A stretch of DNA of 62,323 bases, the filler included, from Bipalium vagum (lineage: Eukaryota): NCBI GenBank assembly GCA_037834085.1. It is 3 parts of 3 records of this genome, joined end to end, with 100 filler letters (N's around TTAATTAATTAA, not from the genome) between each part and the next. Parts side by side here need not be neighbours in the genome. Positions count along the whole stretch, not along the records: positions 1 to 28,112 come from JBBMKC010067591.1; 2 more parts are not named here. The stretch is one strand, 5' to 3'. Position 1 is the stretch's first letter. Each line of letters begins with the position of its first letter. Below the pieces are notes generated by a model. That model saw nothing but the letters and a program-made list of their open reading frames with translations. It had not been told where the DNA came from and did no database searches. Below, piece by piece: positions 1-14,429 of the stretch. Made by a program: the position numbers and the translations under genes.

Positions 1-70
<70 letters not shown>
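1..70. repeat. (TAA)n microsatellite
   Basis: Perfect TAA tandem run from the window edge. Confidence 0.97.
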
Positions 71-959
71 TCATTAAAAATCATTTATTATCTGTCTTAC
101 AAACTTTTAGTGGTATATATAATGTTGGGTGATATATACTGAATCACATTTAACCTTTCTCAAACCTGAAACATAGTTTCATTAGTCAGATTTAAGTAGT
201 ATATTTGTGTTGCTTTTTGTAAATGGGAAATTTTGATTTCAATTAATCTTCTTTTTACATTTCAAAAGCTTTATAAGTTCACAATACGAGGACTTTTCGA
301 AAATAATGGTCGTTTTTTAACTTGTCACTTAAAATCTTTTCCGTTTGACTTTTTCCTGGATCAATTTTATATTGTTAGATATAATCTAAAACGCGTTTCC
401 TGGGTAACAATCAATTAGTTAATTGTTAGTTTATTTGTTACCCTTTTGAGAAATTCCTTTAAATCGGAAATTCTGAACAATTTTGCTTTGATAATTCAAA
501 ATTGGTGGTAATGCTGCGGAAGAGACGATAAACGTAATCCGTGAATGGTATGATCAAGCAGATTCATTAGAAGAAAGGCAAAGCTGATCGTTTAGATATG
601 CGTCGTTGTATATTTCATATACTAAGGCAGAACAATATAAAAATAATAATTTCCAATGACTGTTTTCATTTCGTCTCTGTTAAAGAAAATTTCTTTACAC
701 CCTTAAATGTCCTTATGTCGCAAATTATCAGGTTTTCCTACCTACATAGAATGGTCCCTTTAGGAACCAAAATAACATTTAGTGCTTTCTTTTGAGTTCA
801 AAATAGAGCATTCATGTTTTATAATCTGAAAAGATTCGAAAAAAGTTTTTTTCTCATTCCACGAAATCTACTGGTTGATGATCACCCAGTTTTCATTAAT
901 TTTTTACTTTTCCATTCAGTGACCAAATTTGGAAACGATTGAGAACAAGCCTTTGTAAA

Positions 960-1345
960 TCGTAACTGTGTAATATATCATAAACCCTTCCAATTCAAAT
1001 GCAAGCTGTCTTCAATATTGGATATGGTAATAAAATGATCGTCAATGATAAGTCACTTGATAACACGGACACTTGCTGGTCTTATCCTGGTGAAAGCATG
1101 ACCGAAGCTCTCTAATGTTGTGTCTCCCTTCTGGGAAATGCATAACCCATAAGGCGACTGTAACATATGATTGGGCGCCACGTCATTATATATATCAGTA
1201 TAGATACATCTTGTTGAATGATAAGGAAGCCCACATTTTATGAAGCTTTTCCACTTAATATCTGATAACATTGGTATTTTCAATATGTTAACCAAAACAG
1301 GAAATGTAAAACATTCATAACAAATAAACTTTTCAACATACAAGT
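960..1345 (-). pseudogene. Possible decayed SGNH/GDSL esterase, as in retroelement ORF1
   Basis: Minus strand near 980-1020 reads NIEDSLHLNWKG, then YDIL after a frameshift, resembling SGNH block V (DGLHLNxxGY). An upstream IYNDV could be a degenerate GxND block. Many stops. Confidence 0.3.
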
Positions 1346-3989
1346 ATCGATAAATTTCTAAACTATAAATAGATCATACGTAATCGGAATAATATTGATA
1401 CGTTATTAATTACTTAAGACATAAGAAAAACGAGTTGTATTCTTATGACTTTTTGAATAACCCTCGAAGTTGCTCATAATAAGTATTTCTTTTAAGACCT
1501 TTGGGACGGCGTACATTGTGAGGATATCCGATATGGAAATTGATAATCTAGGCTACTTAAAAATATTTTAAAAAATATTTTTTAATTTATTTATTTATTT
1601 AAAGAACTAAAAAAGTTAAAATATATAATTAGTTATATATATTTTATTTAATTAATTATTTAATAAAATTAATAAAGTGATCAAAATGAAAATTAAATGA
1701 GTGCTTTGTTTAAAAAATTTCAAAAATTTAATTATTTAAAATATAATTTTAAAAATCATTTTATTTATTTATTTTAAAAAAACTTTATGAAAAAAAACCT
1801 GGAAAAAATACTATTTTACTTTTAAATAAAAAAATTTTTTTTTACAATGGTAATATGATAAAAGTAATTATTAAATTGGCTTGTAAGTTTCAAAGATAAT
1901 TTCGCTATTATTTTGCAAATATTATATTTATATTTTTTTAATATATATATATATATATATTAAAATTGGAATTTTAAAATATTAAATTAAAAAAATTTTC
2001 AATCTGGGAATTTTTTGTATATTTTCCATATAGCATGTTTCTTCCATCTGAAACAGTAATTATTTTAATTATACATAATATTCGTAATTTTGTAAGGGAA
2101 AAATTCTTATAAACAGAAAAATCATTAGGTGCAAGGTAGCGAAGGCGTCAGGGATTATTAGTTTTATTTTGGTTGTAAAAGTAATTTTGGTTTTGGTTAA
2201 TTTTTTAATTCCACCCCCCCCACATGCGTATCCGTTAGACACTGTGTCCTTTCTCTGAATTTCTTCGTGGTAACATAAAATCACATATTAATGACGAAGG
2301 AAGTAATTATTTTAAATTATTTTATTATTTCTCTTGAAAACATTTGTTCTGGTTTTTTCATCAGTTCATCATAGTCCTGATAAATTCTTATCTCCTTTCA
2401 TGGAGATTTTTGTTCATGAAAAACTTTTTTAATATTAAGAAAAAAAATAATGATTTTTAAAAATGTTTTTTCTTGGAATTTTTTTTTAAAATTCCTGGGC
2501 GCAAACATTTGAAAAATAAATTCATTTTAATTAACGAATTTTATCGTTTCATTAAAACAAATCAATGAACCAAGCACTATTGAAAAATCTATATTTCAAA
2601 AATATCATATATCAATATATATAATATAAAAATAATTTTCTAAGTGCAAATTTCATAATGAAATTTCCTTATTCTTTTTTTGCTTTTCAGACCTTAGTAA
2701 AAAAACTGGTGAGTTTTGTAATTATAATAATAATTATATAATGAAGATCTCTTTCCTTAAAGCACTTAATAGTTTTCAGCTATTTCATCGAAATATCGAT
2801 GTGTATTTCCAAAATTCAATTATTGTGACATTTTCTTCACATTATTAGGAAATGTATATCTTTTTTCCAGTTTTATCACTGTTGTGTGATTATGGATTGA
2901 CACTTGAGATCTAATTACCCAACACGAATCATTCCAAATAACAAATATGAAGGTTGCAGTTTTATCAACTTGTCCTTTTATCAGCAATTACAATGAATCG
3001 ATTTGTGTAACTTGGTTGTTTTATATCCAGTATTTGGTTTTAATTTATTATTCACGGGAGATAACGATAAATCTGGACTAATTTCAAATGCAAAATTTAT
3101 AAAAATTTTCTTAAAGAAAGGTATTTTGAACATTTTTATTGTTCCTGTGGTGATTATATATTATTTATAATGAAATATGTTTTAATAAACTATTTTACAA
3201 CAAAGATGACGTCAAGGCACATATGCCTCGAGAGCCCGTTGTAAAATTTTATGAAATCAACAAATCAAGGAGGAAAAAGTTTTCCGTTGAGTAAATCTCG
3301 AATGTCTAGAAATAACAGATTTTATTCCAATAGTCATCTAGATTTCCATCTAATATAAAATCCAAGTTCCAGAAAAATATGGAAAGAAGCTTATGTTGTA
3401 CACCAGTCTTTCTTACAAGGACGAGTCTCTTGTACATATTTCTATTTTTATCGATTTCCATGACTAGGGTCTAAATGGTAAATGCAAAGACATATTTAAA
3501 TCCGGACGTCAATAAAATAACCACATATGAATGAATTTCTGCATAGTAACTACTACACACTGGTAGTTTCAAATGACTTACAAATCTCTTAAAAATTATC
3601 AAGCTTATTAGGCTTGTCCAGAAACGTTTTAACGAACTATGAATATTAAAACAAAATAATTTTGATAAATGTCAAATCAATAATTATAAAATTATTTTGT
3701 TTTAATAATCAAATTATAAATCCCGTTATACCTATAATTAATATTTTCAAGGTCAACTATCAAAGTTGATAAAAAATATTTTTTATAAATTGTGAAAATT
3801 TTTATCATATATCCTTTAAGTCATGAAAAACCTTCAAAGAACTTGGCGAAGTGCCTATTTTAACTTGGTAAAATCAAGAGAAAATTGAAAATAATTTTAA
3901 GGTTTGTTGTCCTTATGGTATTTTTAGCTACGATCTGTTTCGATTATTTTTATTTTACTTTTTTTGTCAACGATTTTACTCAACATTCT

Positions 3990-4330
3990 ACGTGGAAATT
4001 ATCACTAGATAAGGTTACAATGGAAAAAGAAAGACTGGTGAAAAGAACTAGAGAAAATCAAAGACAAAATCCAGTGAAAGTCAACTTTTGCTTGTTGGCG
4101 CCCTTTGTAATGAGAAAGAATTAAAATTTTTACATGAATTATCATATTGAATTGGATCAATAATTGTTAATACCGCTATATTTTATCCAGCAACTATCTT
4201 TTCGGAAAATCAAGCTTCCTTGTTTCGTTCCCTAAACAGGATATTAATGATAATGTTGAAATAATTTTCTCTCAGTTCCGCTTTAGCTTTGATCTGCTTA
4301 TCAAAACAATATGCTAAACAGAATATTGAT
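3990..4330 (+). mobile_element. Highly decayed mariner transposase remnant
   Basis: A LFRSLN-like segment near 4220-4240 matches the mariner motif that follows YSPDLAPSD; the rest is degenerate. Confidence 0.35.
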
Positions 4331-4699
4331 TTGTTTGCTTATAAAGTTATTATATTAATTCCATAAACAATGTTTAATTGTATAATTGATAATTAATGCT
4401 GGATAATATTCATTGGTATTAATTGTCCTTATTTAGAAAAATCGCAAAAATCTTTCCATTGTCAATTCGATTATTTATTTATTTATTTTGTAATGATTAA
4501 AACAAAATTTTATTTTTATTGAATATTTCTGAAAAATTTATTTATCGGTATAAAATTTTAATTATAAAAAATGTGGTCAGTTTAATTAAATTATTATTTT
4601 TAATTCCCGTACATTTAAATTATACACTCTTTCACAAAAAGTAATAAAATGAAAAAAAAACGATTTTCCATAAAAATTATACCATACAAACAAATTTAA

Positions 4700-5420
4700 T
4701 GATAGAGTAAATAACCAGTATGTCTTCATCTGTTCTCAATGCATTCGCAGATTCTTTTGTCCATCCTTAAAATCAAATTTTAAAAATCTTCTTGGATACA
4801 AGTTCCCATTGTTCTAAAAGTCTGATGGGCAGATGTGCAACTGTAGTTACTGTTTCTTCTGTTTTAAATTGTGACCACCATTTATGGACTGTTCTGGTTG
4901 ATAATTTCATTTTTCCTGAAACATTACGGACTGTCAGTCCGGCCTCGAGCATATCACATAATAGGCTTTTATCAAATATCGATAGTTGCGTTACTGAAAG
5001 ACATGTGAAGACTGATAATATAATTTTTGAAAATTGCTTGCTGTTGATATGAGCGCTTAAATTTATATATTATTAAAACAAGTGAGTTTTAAATTACAGG
5101 TATTTTCTTATACTTACATCCAACATGTCACTTACTGACTTTAAGATTAGGTCTCCCCTGGTCCACTCAGATCCTCTTAACATTAATAAACTACGATGTG
5201 TACATATAACTCTTCTCATATATATATACCTGTCATTTATAAAAATATTTATATAATATTCTTAGTGTGGATTTATTCATTATAGGTGGTTTTTTTCACT
5301 AATCAAATCATTGATCAACATCCAATTGAATCTTCTATCAATATTGAGACAATAATGAAAATCCATAATTGCCACAAGAAGATCTGGCTACGCCAAGTGT
5401 CTACATAAATCGTAGAAATT
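4700..5420 (-). mobile_element. Decayed Tc1-family transposase remnant
   Basis: Minus-strand fragments resemble SDEKRFNLDG (about 5320-5350), the SPDLNPIENLW region (about 4800-4840) and a C-terminal CIENR*RHTGY (about 4710-4745). Confidence 0.5.
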
Positions 5421-6949
5421 CCTAACAAAAGAAAGTAGAGTAAAGAAATATTCACTGGAGCGATATTGTCGGACACGTCAGGCTCCATAAATTAAAATAT
5501 AACTGCGATAAAAAATTATTAACAATTATTAGTATGGGAGTGATTTTTATCCAATCCACTGTGACTGCCTGATTTTTAAGTAAATATTTGAGGGTTATCA
5601 CAAGACATATTTTCTGGCATGTGCATTCGATACACGATGATATGTCATGTAACCTTTGTTAATATATGAACCGCTTCATGTATTTTTTGAACGTTTTTGT
5701 AGTACTAGACGATTTTGGGAGACCAAAACAGGGCAATCCTCTAAGCTTATATGAATCTGTCTATATTCCATAGCCCATGGTACATTATCGTTCAATGTTT
5801 CTACAATGTCTTGATGGATTTGGGAAGTTGAATTTATATTTTTACAAAAAATATTTAATCATTGCTAATTTTAATTTTATAAAATAAAGTCAAAATTAGT
5901 TAATTTAAATTGATGCGGAAAAATACTTTACCAATTGATTCGATATTTGAAATCAATATTTAAATTAAAAATGTAGTTTTCGATAAATAAATATGATCTT
6001 TGTGTACATGTATGTAGGTACATAGAAATATTAAAACGGATAATGATTTGATAAATTGAAATGATCTTTGGTGCTTTATTTTTTTTATAATAAATTTTTA
6101 AAAAAAATTCTGTCAAATTGAAAAATTAATTCAAATTTTATTTATTTTCAATTTTTTTCTTTTTTTTTAATGAATAAAATATTTAAATATATTTTTTTAA
6201 TTTCAATTGAGCTATTTTTTCATATTTAAAACAAATATTTAAATAATTTAATAATAAAAAAAGATATATATATATTATTTAATTATGATGAAATGTATAT
6301 TTTCAATATTATTTTATATTAAAAAATAAATGTTTTCTCATAAGTTTACGAGAACACCAATTTCTTTCATAGAGAAAAAGCCTTTTCATATATTTATTAT
6401 TGTCATTTGAAGCAAACTTCTGTCATTCATAAGAATTATCAAAGAAATCAATTTCTTCCTTAATAATTTTAGAAAAATATTAAATGCCTTTGTATTCGAT
6501 GTTCAACGATAATGAAAAAAGTTATTAAAACTTAACTGAAAGGAAAAAATGTAATTATTAATTAAGAAATTTTTCATGAAAAATGGGATCAGTGAGTTTA
6601 GAGTAATTTTTAATAGAATATGTGAAAAATAAATAAAATATTTTTGCAATGGTTCGCGTATTACAAAATTATATTACATTTTTTAATTAAAACTCATTTT
6701 TTGAATAAATAAAGAAAACCGAATCATCGAATATTAAATTCGGAAGGGAGAGCACATTTTTTGCAATTAAATTTTATTTTATCAGTTTGACCCCGCTGAA
6801 ATGGCGGATTTTAGTTTTATTATTTCAAGGATTGGTTAATCTATCAATTTTATGATAATAATTGTTTTAATAAGTTAAATTTTGCTTTTAAATTCTACTT
6901 AAAAAGTGAGCAGTTCAATTTAAAATTCACGTTATTAATTTCATTTACT

Positions 6950-7690
6950 AGGACATGGTTGCGTACAAAATTGGAATTAAAGAATTTATGAATTCAAGTT
7001 TCATTATAATGTATCAGAACCAACTAGAAATATTTATTTCGTGTGTAGTGATGGTTCTGTAAACAAAAGATATTTTCACTATAAAGTGGTAACTTCAGCA
7101 CTGAAGATGATGACTTTGAGGATCGGATACTTTTGTAAGTAACGACCATTTAAAAAGTGTAGTTGAAAGCGATACACAACTATCTGAAAAATTGAGTCAA
7201 TCATTTGCTAGTATCTTTAAGTGCTTGATGGAGTAAAAATGCTCAATAAATGGATACTACATCAATTAAATGATAAACAAAAAAGTAGGAGATTTGTAAT
7301 GTGATTTTCTTTGACTTATCTGAACTGAAATGATCCATTTCGTCTCTAATTTTAGTCTATGATAAGTTAGTCTTATATGGCAATCTGCAAAGATCAACGC
7401 AGTTGTTGGATACCAATGAAAAACCGAAGTATGTACTTCATCCAAAAGATCAATTTTTGGTGATTTGAAGATGGATTAATTCACTATAACTTTTTAAAAG
7501 CTTGCAAATATATCACAGCTCAGTCATTCTGAAATAAAGTTGAAGTAATGCCCCAGAAGTTGTTTGAAAATCAACCAGGACTTGCAGATGAAAAGTGACC
7601 AATTTTGTTCCCTCATAATGAAAGACAAAATTAATAGCCCAACTGTTACTTTATTTTAATTGCAAAGTTTTACTCCATGCAGGCTTATCT
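6950..7690 (+). mobile_element. Decayed mariner (DD34D) element
   Basis: Fragments read YEFKF..., SGNFSTEDDD and LNKWILHQLNDKQKSRRF (WVPHEL motif), with frameshifts and stops. Nucleotide similarity to the copy at about 50270-50600. Confidence 0.75.
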
Positions 7691-7998
7691 CTCGCAATCA
7701 GAAAAAGAAAAACATATGAACCATTTTGCTGTCGAGTATTCCTCGGGTTGTTAGATAACCACAAGTTGGTTTGTTGGTGAACTGCGCTGAATTTCTGTTG
7801 AATAACACCATGAAGAAAAGATAAAACCTTTCTAAATTTCTGGACATTCCATTGAGGATTCCAGTGTCTTTTACGTTAATAAGGCAACTACTTTGTCGTT
7901 GACTAATATTCTTATCTGGGAACATCAATTGCCTTTTTAAGTGTAAATTACTTAATCAATCCTTATTTGCGAGCTTGGTCTAATCTTGGCAATTTGGA

Positions 7999-8009
7999 AA
8001 TTATTATTA

Positions 8010-8070
<61 letters not shown>
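7999..8070. repeat. (ATT)n microsatellite
   Basis: Near-perfect ATT run. Confidence 0.95.
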
Positions 8071-8071
<1 letters not shown>

Positions 8072-9696
8072 GAAAATATTATCTTCATAATTCAGCGGTC
8101 TGTATAATTTGAAGAGAGTGCCTTTTGTCAACCCAACAAAATTTTTTTAAAAAAAATAAAAATTATTTTTTTAATCTATCATATAATGATAATATTTGCA
8201 ATAAAATTAAGCTTCGTTCTCCAAAGACAATAAATGCTTAGGGTACAAATGTAAAGTTAATTTTATTAAAAAAATATTTTGCTGTTGTTTTCCTCGAGAT
8301 TCAATGGAAGCAATGGACGAAAAGTGACCAGTGACTTTATACTTCATCCAGTATTGATTTTATGGAAATTAATTTATTAAAGAGATCTTCTTCAATTATT
8401 AATGGATCAAGAACGTCGAGTTAATATAAAACGAGGAATTAGAGTTATTTTATTAAATCAATGAAGTTTAGAAATAGGCTGGATAGCACGCAATACGAAA
8501 GAATGCATTTCAGACATATCAAGCGTATAATGTTTTTTATATGTAGACAGATTCGTTTTAATGAAGATTGATTCTGTCTTTTATTTTCATTTGTGCTTTG
8601 CAAAATTTTAATAAAATAAAATTTCAATTTCGAGAGCCAAAATTCAACAAAGCATTGTTGTATATTTATTGAAAAAAAATTAATTTTTTGTTTTAATATT
8701 ATTAACAATAATAATAACTATTATTATTAGTTTCATTATGATTTTGACATGACTAAATTATGATTATTAAAACAAAACTTGCAACAATAATTGTTTAAAA
8801 CAAAGTATCACTTGAAAATCATTGTAGAAAAGGTTAATTATTTTAATCGTAAATCGAATTATGTCGCGTACGAAAACTAATTTAATTTAATTTAAATCGA
8901 TAAAACCCAAAGCCAAATTTAAACAAAAAGGAATATTGAATAAGAAAAACAAAGTGAAATTAATTTTTAAAATTATTTGAGCACATTGAATTGAATTTAG
9001 TTTTCGTTTGTTATCTTATTTGAACAAAAAAGAATATATATAAATGCTTAATTAGATTTTAATAATAATAATAATAATAATATTTTTTTTTGGAATTAGA
9101 AGTTTATCATTCAAACAAAATAATATTAAAATAAATTGTTTTAATGATTGGTTCTCAAACTACTTTACTGTTTAACATCGTTTCTTGCTTCATATATCGA
9201 CATTGGTCGATGTCCCACGTTCAGGGATAAGGATCTGTCATTATTTCCAATATTCCGTTCACAATGAAAATTAACAACTCAACAGAAAGTATCATATTTC
9301 AAAATGTGTTTACAGCTGTCAAAACATTGAATGTTTGGTTTTTAATGATTGTTTTACAATGAAATAAGTACGGAATAAACTTTGCCTGCTATAAAATTGA
9401 AAAATATTAATCGAAATTGGTTTATTTATATTTATACGTTAGTGGAAATATTTTTAAAGACATTGTTTCGAATGTTCTTTGAAAACGTTGAGGGTTGTGA
9501 TGATTAAATTCGTAATCAAAATTATTTCAAATGAAAGCGTTAGAAAATAAATCATTGACCAATGAAAAAAGTAACCAATAAAAATATTAAAATAAAAGAA
9601 TGGTCTGTGAAAATCAAATAAAATGATTAAAATGTATTTTTTGAGCCTGTTAAAAAATTTGTTCAAAATTTATGTTGCTAATTTTTATTTAAATAA

Positions 9697-10395
9697 TGCG
9701 AGGGGGAATCAAAAAGTAAAGATACAAGCTTCATATTATTTTATTTTCAAAGATTATAATATAAACAAACAATTATTTTACAGGCAATTTTTCATCATTC
9801 TTGTATCGTTCCAAATGTTGCATACAGAGTCGTTCGCGGCTTAGTTTTTGATCTTCAGACATTGTTTCGATACCCATCTGTTCACAAACTTTATTGAATC
9901 CCAGCTCGTTGTGAATCATTGAATAAGTTGATCCATAACTGACATCAAGTTCAGAACGAATTTCAGCAACTGGGAGTCGTCTGTTTTTTCTGATCATTTC
10001 TTCAACTCGTTCAATGTTATCATCTTTTTTCGATGTGTCAGGTATTCCGGACCTATCTTCATCCTTTAGGCTTGTTCATTCATTTATGAATTTGTTTTTG
10101 TCGTGTAAAACCATTTCTCCATATTGGCAAGCATTATTCGGTGAATATCAGCTGAAGAAACACCTGCATGCAAAAACGAATAGCAGCCCTTTGTTCTTCT
10201 TTGATGCAATTTTTTAAAACAGGCTCCATGTTTTTCATCTAAAATTGATATAAAAATATTCCTTTAATCAATATTTCTACAATCAATGTTTCGTATTTCA
10301 TTGTAGCAAACAAGTTAAAACCTATTATGGTTTTATTGCTCATCTATGAAAAAAATTAAACGCTTTGTATCTTTACTTTTTGATTCACCAACGTA
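9697..10395 (-). mobile_element. Internally deleted (MITE-like) mariner, irritans-type, both TIRs present
   Basis: Perfect 22-bp inverted repeat: GAATCAAAAAGTAAAGATACAA (9706-9727) and TTGTATCTTTACTTTTTGATTC (10365-10386). Retains N-terminal transposase sequence (IRKNRRL...EIRSELDVSYGSTYSMIHNELGFNKVC) but lacks the catalytic domain. Confidence 0.88.
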
Positions 10396-10758
10396 TAATA
10401 CAAATATGAAAATGTTTTAATAAAGAAGTGACCAGAGTATATTTGAATTAAGATAAAAATCGATTTTTCGAGATTCTAAATGTAAAAAATCTATCGTTCA
10501 ATCCATTCAATATATCTAGGTAATATTTTATCAATAATCAGTGTTAAATATTGACTAAGAGTATTCAAGACAAAACAAGTTTAAATTTTGCGATGGAGGT
10601 CAGAAGCTCTGAACAAAAAGTTCCACTTGAAAATTATTTTAATTTTGACACATCAAAAATGTCTCGTTTAAATAAATACTGTACCTTTTATTTATAATTA
10701 ATAAATAATCCGATCAATATCTAATATTGATTTAAAATAACAATTAATCTAAGCGTTA

Positions 10759-10898
10759 NNNNNNNNNNNNNNNNNNNNNNNNNNNNNNNNNNNNNNNNNN
10801 NNNNNNNNNNNNNNNNNNNNNNNNNNNNNNNNNNNNNNNNNNNNNNNNNNNNNNNNNNNNNNNNNNNNNNNNNNNNNNNNNNNNNNNNNNNNNNNNNN
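10759..10898. other. Assembly gap (140 N)
   Basis: Run of N. Confidence 0.99.
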
Positions 10899-12479
10899 TT
10901 AAAATGTTAATAAATAACTTGAAACAATGTTTTTTAAATCACAATAGTACCTTGAAAAATCAATAATATTTTATTTATATTTTCTTATTAACCGATTTAA
11001 ATATTTAAAAATAAATATGGAACAAATGTTATAAAATTATAAATACTTTTAATAAATTTTTAAAATTAAAATTAATAAAATATATTTGTCATCATTACTG
11101 TGAAATTCTCAAATGAACCCCTGAACACATTTCACTTGTACATAAAAATATTAAGACTCGTAAAATTAGCATAACTTAAAAAAATAATTAATAAATTAAA
11201 ATAAATTTTCCGAAACTTTAAAGGGAAAATAGCTCAATTAATTTTAATAATAATTTTTTTAAAAAAAAGAAAGAAAAAATTTAAATAAAAAATAAAATTC
11301 TCATATAAACGAAAATGTTTTAATTGAATATTTTGTACAGAAAAAAAAACCAGTCTCATATTTAATTTTTAATATATTTCGAAAAAAAATAATTCGTTAA
11401 TTTTCTTCATTAAAAAAAATTAATTAGTTTCATGTTCGTTAAATTTCTGAGGCTTATAAAATTATTCTTTTATTAAAATATTTCATATCTTTCTATTTTA
11501 ATTGATAATGGGTTTCTAATCGTGATCGATCTACATCAATTATTTAGCCAGTTTTAATTGATTAATTACCTTCATGGGAATATTAACCTTTTTCACTCAT
11601 TTATTTATCTATTTAGAGAGCTTTTAATTCCATTATAGTTGAAATGCAAGTCGATTAAAACGGCTCAAATACGTAATATTTTACAACCAATGTTTAATAT
11701 ATATTTTTGTTATATTAAATTATTTAATTTTGATAAAATCTTTATTATAAATTGATTTATTTAAAATCGATTAAAAGATCTATAAATATGTTTTTTGTTT
11801 ATAATATTTAGAAAAATTAATTAAATTATTAATCAATTAATAAAATATTTATTATTATCGATCAATGTGTATGAACTAATTTTTATTTGTTTATCTAATT
11901 TTGTATAATATCATATTTTTTATATTTTATTGGCTTATCAAATTTTTATTAGAAAAAATTTATTTCTTTAATCATTAGTAATAATTAATTTTATAAATTT
12001 ATTATTAATTAATATTTTATATGGAATATAATATCTGTATAGTTTTCAAAGTGGTCTTCAGGTAAAATTATCAAATGTATTATTTAAGATTTTTCAACTA
12101 ATTTAAGACAAAAATATTATTTTTTATGATGTTCCGTTAAAATAGATCTTAGTCTTAATATTTATTTTTAAATTTATTTCTTGGATTTGCTAAAGGCACA
12201 AACCGTGGAAATGGTGAATAGTTATGATAATAGAATTAGTAATAATAATAATTATTATTATAGTAATAATAATAATTTTAATTTTAAAAAATTGAAAGTT
12301 TTAAAATATTTAAAAGCAATAAATCAAAATCTCGTCGCCGAGATAACGATATTTTTGATTCAAAATGAGTTTTAATTTGTGCATCAACAACGGTAAACGA
12401 ACACAACATTGTGTAGTGAGGAGTTATTGATTTACGAGCGAAAGTTACTTTGTTAAGGTATAATAGTAACATATTTTTA

Positions 12480-13520
12480 GTTTCTTGATTTTTTGAGTTT
12501 TTTGGTATCATGTTTCTGTTTAGAGTGAACTGACATTTGTCTTGATTTGTGAAATATTAAAGAAATAAGCAAATCAAAGATGATATAGGTGTAAGGCTGT
12601 TAATCAAGTTCTGCGTAAAATGTGTATCCTTTATGTTTAATAACGAGTTGAAAAAAACAAATGTGATACACATTGGGTTTCTATTGAGATCAATATTCAT
12701 TTACACTCAGGGATTACGTGGAATCTAAAATCGAAAAATATCATTGAATTAACCCACTTATTAAACATATAAATGATATATTGACAAAGATCTTTAATAA
12801 TATCGATAACCTTCGGGCATTCATGAATATTTACATGAAATGTACCATAAAGAAATAAAAGTACGAAAAACAATCTTCCTTGATATTTTTCGATTTTCAT
12901 TTCCATGTATTCCATGAATATTGATGGCAGTGTTGGTTCCCATAACGACCATGCCTACTCCTTCTGTTTGCTTACAACATTTATTATTAAGCATTAAGAG
13001 AAATTTATGCACTAATCTGTACTCCGTACAAATGTTTCATTCATGATTTCTTTATTTCCTTATTCACAAATCAATAAAAGAATCAGTCTTTTCTAAGATA
13101 TGAACCGGGGTGGAAATATTATAATTTTCGAATGATACCAAAAATATATTATCTGACTTGGTCTCATAAGTATTTATAAAGATGTAAACTTCAAATGTAT
13201 CGTTTACTTCATATATACTTTTCTTCAAGGGCTTTATTAACTCATCCAATACTCATTCAATGATTAATTGTGCCAATACAAAGTTGGATAAGACTATATA
13301 TAATGACATGAAGTAAGGCTGCAGTTGTGAAAATGTATTTCTTTCACTCAATAAGAATAACACAGAGCTTACTTAACTTATTTGATGCTCCTTCAAATGA
13401 AAGAAGATGCCTATCAAGCATTAAATTTTTAAAACGAATATTAAAACCCTAACACAGTTCTGTGTATAAGTGAAACTGATTTTATCAATCCATGATAATT
13501 TTCTTGCAAACTTTGACAGT
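12480..13520 (-). mobile_element. Decayed Penelope-like retroelement reverse transcriptase (may extend to about 14000)
   Basis: Ordered frameshifted motifs: LCIGTINH (cf. RPIVSxIGT), LIKPLKKSIYEVNDTF...FLVSFENYNISTPV (cf. LVSFDVxSLFTxVP), LNNKCCKQTEGVGM / PTLPSIFMEYME (cf. FNNKFYKQxxGxAMG..ANIFM), DLNRNP (cf. VYRKPT). Confidence 0.8.
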
Positions 13521-14429
13521 TCACGGAAAATGTTCCAATTATTATTTTTAATATTATTACTTGATCCTGATAAATAATATTATTAATTTATAAATAATAA
13601 TGATTTATTTATTTTAATTTATTATTATTTATCCAAAAACGCTCTGGATAACACTAACATTGCGCTTTGCGGTTGGTAATTGACAGTAATATATTTAAAA
13701 ACCCACGTAATTAAACTAACTCCACAAAAAGTCTGTTAGTTTTATTATCAATCTTTCAGACTTTGCTTGACCAACGAATTTATGAAATTATTTGTCAGCT
13801 TTACGATTGACTTATTAAAATTTTCAGAATATACCTCTCTATTCCTTGATTTAAAGGTTTGTCTGACTTTCAACAAATATTTTGTTCTATATTCTTTCGA
13901 TAATAGATTTTTTTGTGGCTTTTGGAATTTGCCACGTCTTTACAGAGACATATCTGAGAAAGTAATTCATTAAAGAATGTTACCGAATGTAATTTGTACG
14001 AAATTTATTATTTAAGATTCTTTTTCCTTTAGTAAAGGAAGTTACTATTTATAGCTTTCTATAATTTCTTCAATTTTATTGGTTATCTATTTATAGTAAG
14101 TTAATTTTTTATTATCAATTAAATTAATTATTTATTACTTTTTACATTCATTATTATTATTATTTTAAAATTCTGCTTTTTATTATTTAATTAAAAGTAA
14201 TTGCTGAAATTTGTGCCACACTGACCGGTATGTTTCTGATCTCCCTTTTAATTAATTCATTAATTATATATTTTAATTAAAATGTAAACTATTAAAGAGT
14301 ATTAACTGATGTAGAACTAATAAAAAGTTTGTTACATGTTTTATGATTATGAATGATCAAACAGATTTTGCTGTCCACTAAAAAAGGTTTTTAATTGGAA
14401 ATTAAATAAAATTATCTCTTTCTTTCTCT

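Noticed and set aside
2860-3040. FIVIADK fragment resembling the Penelope PADK motif
   Set aside because: Single short motif with no ordered neighbours.
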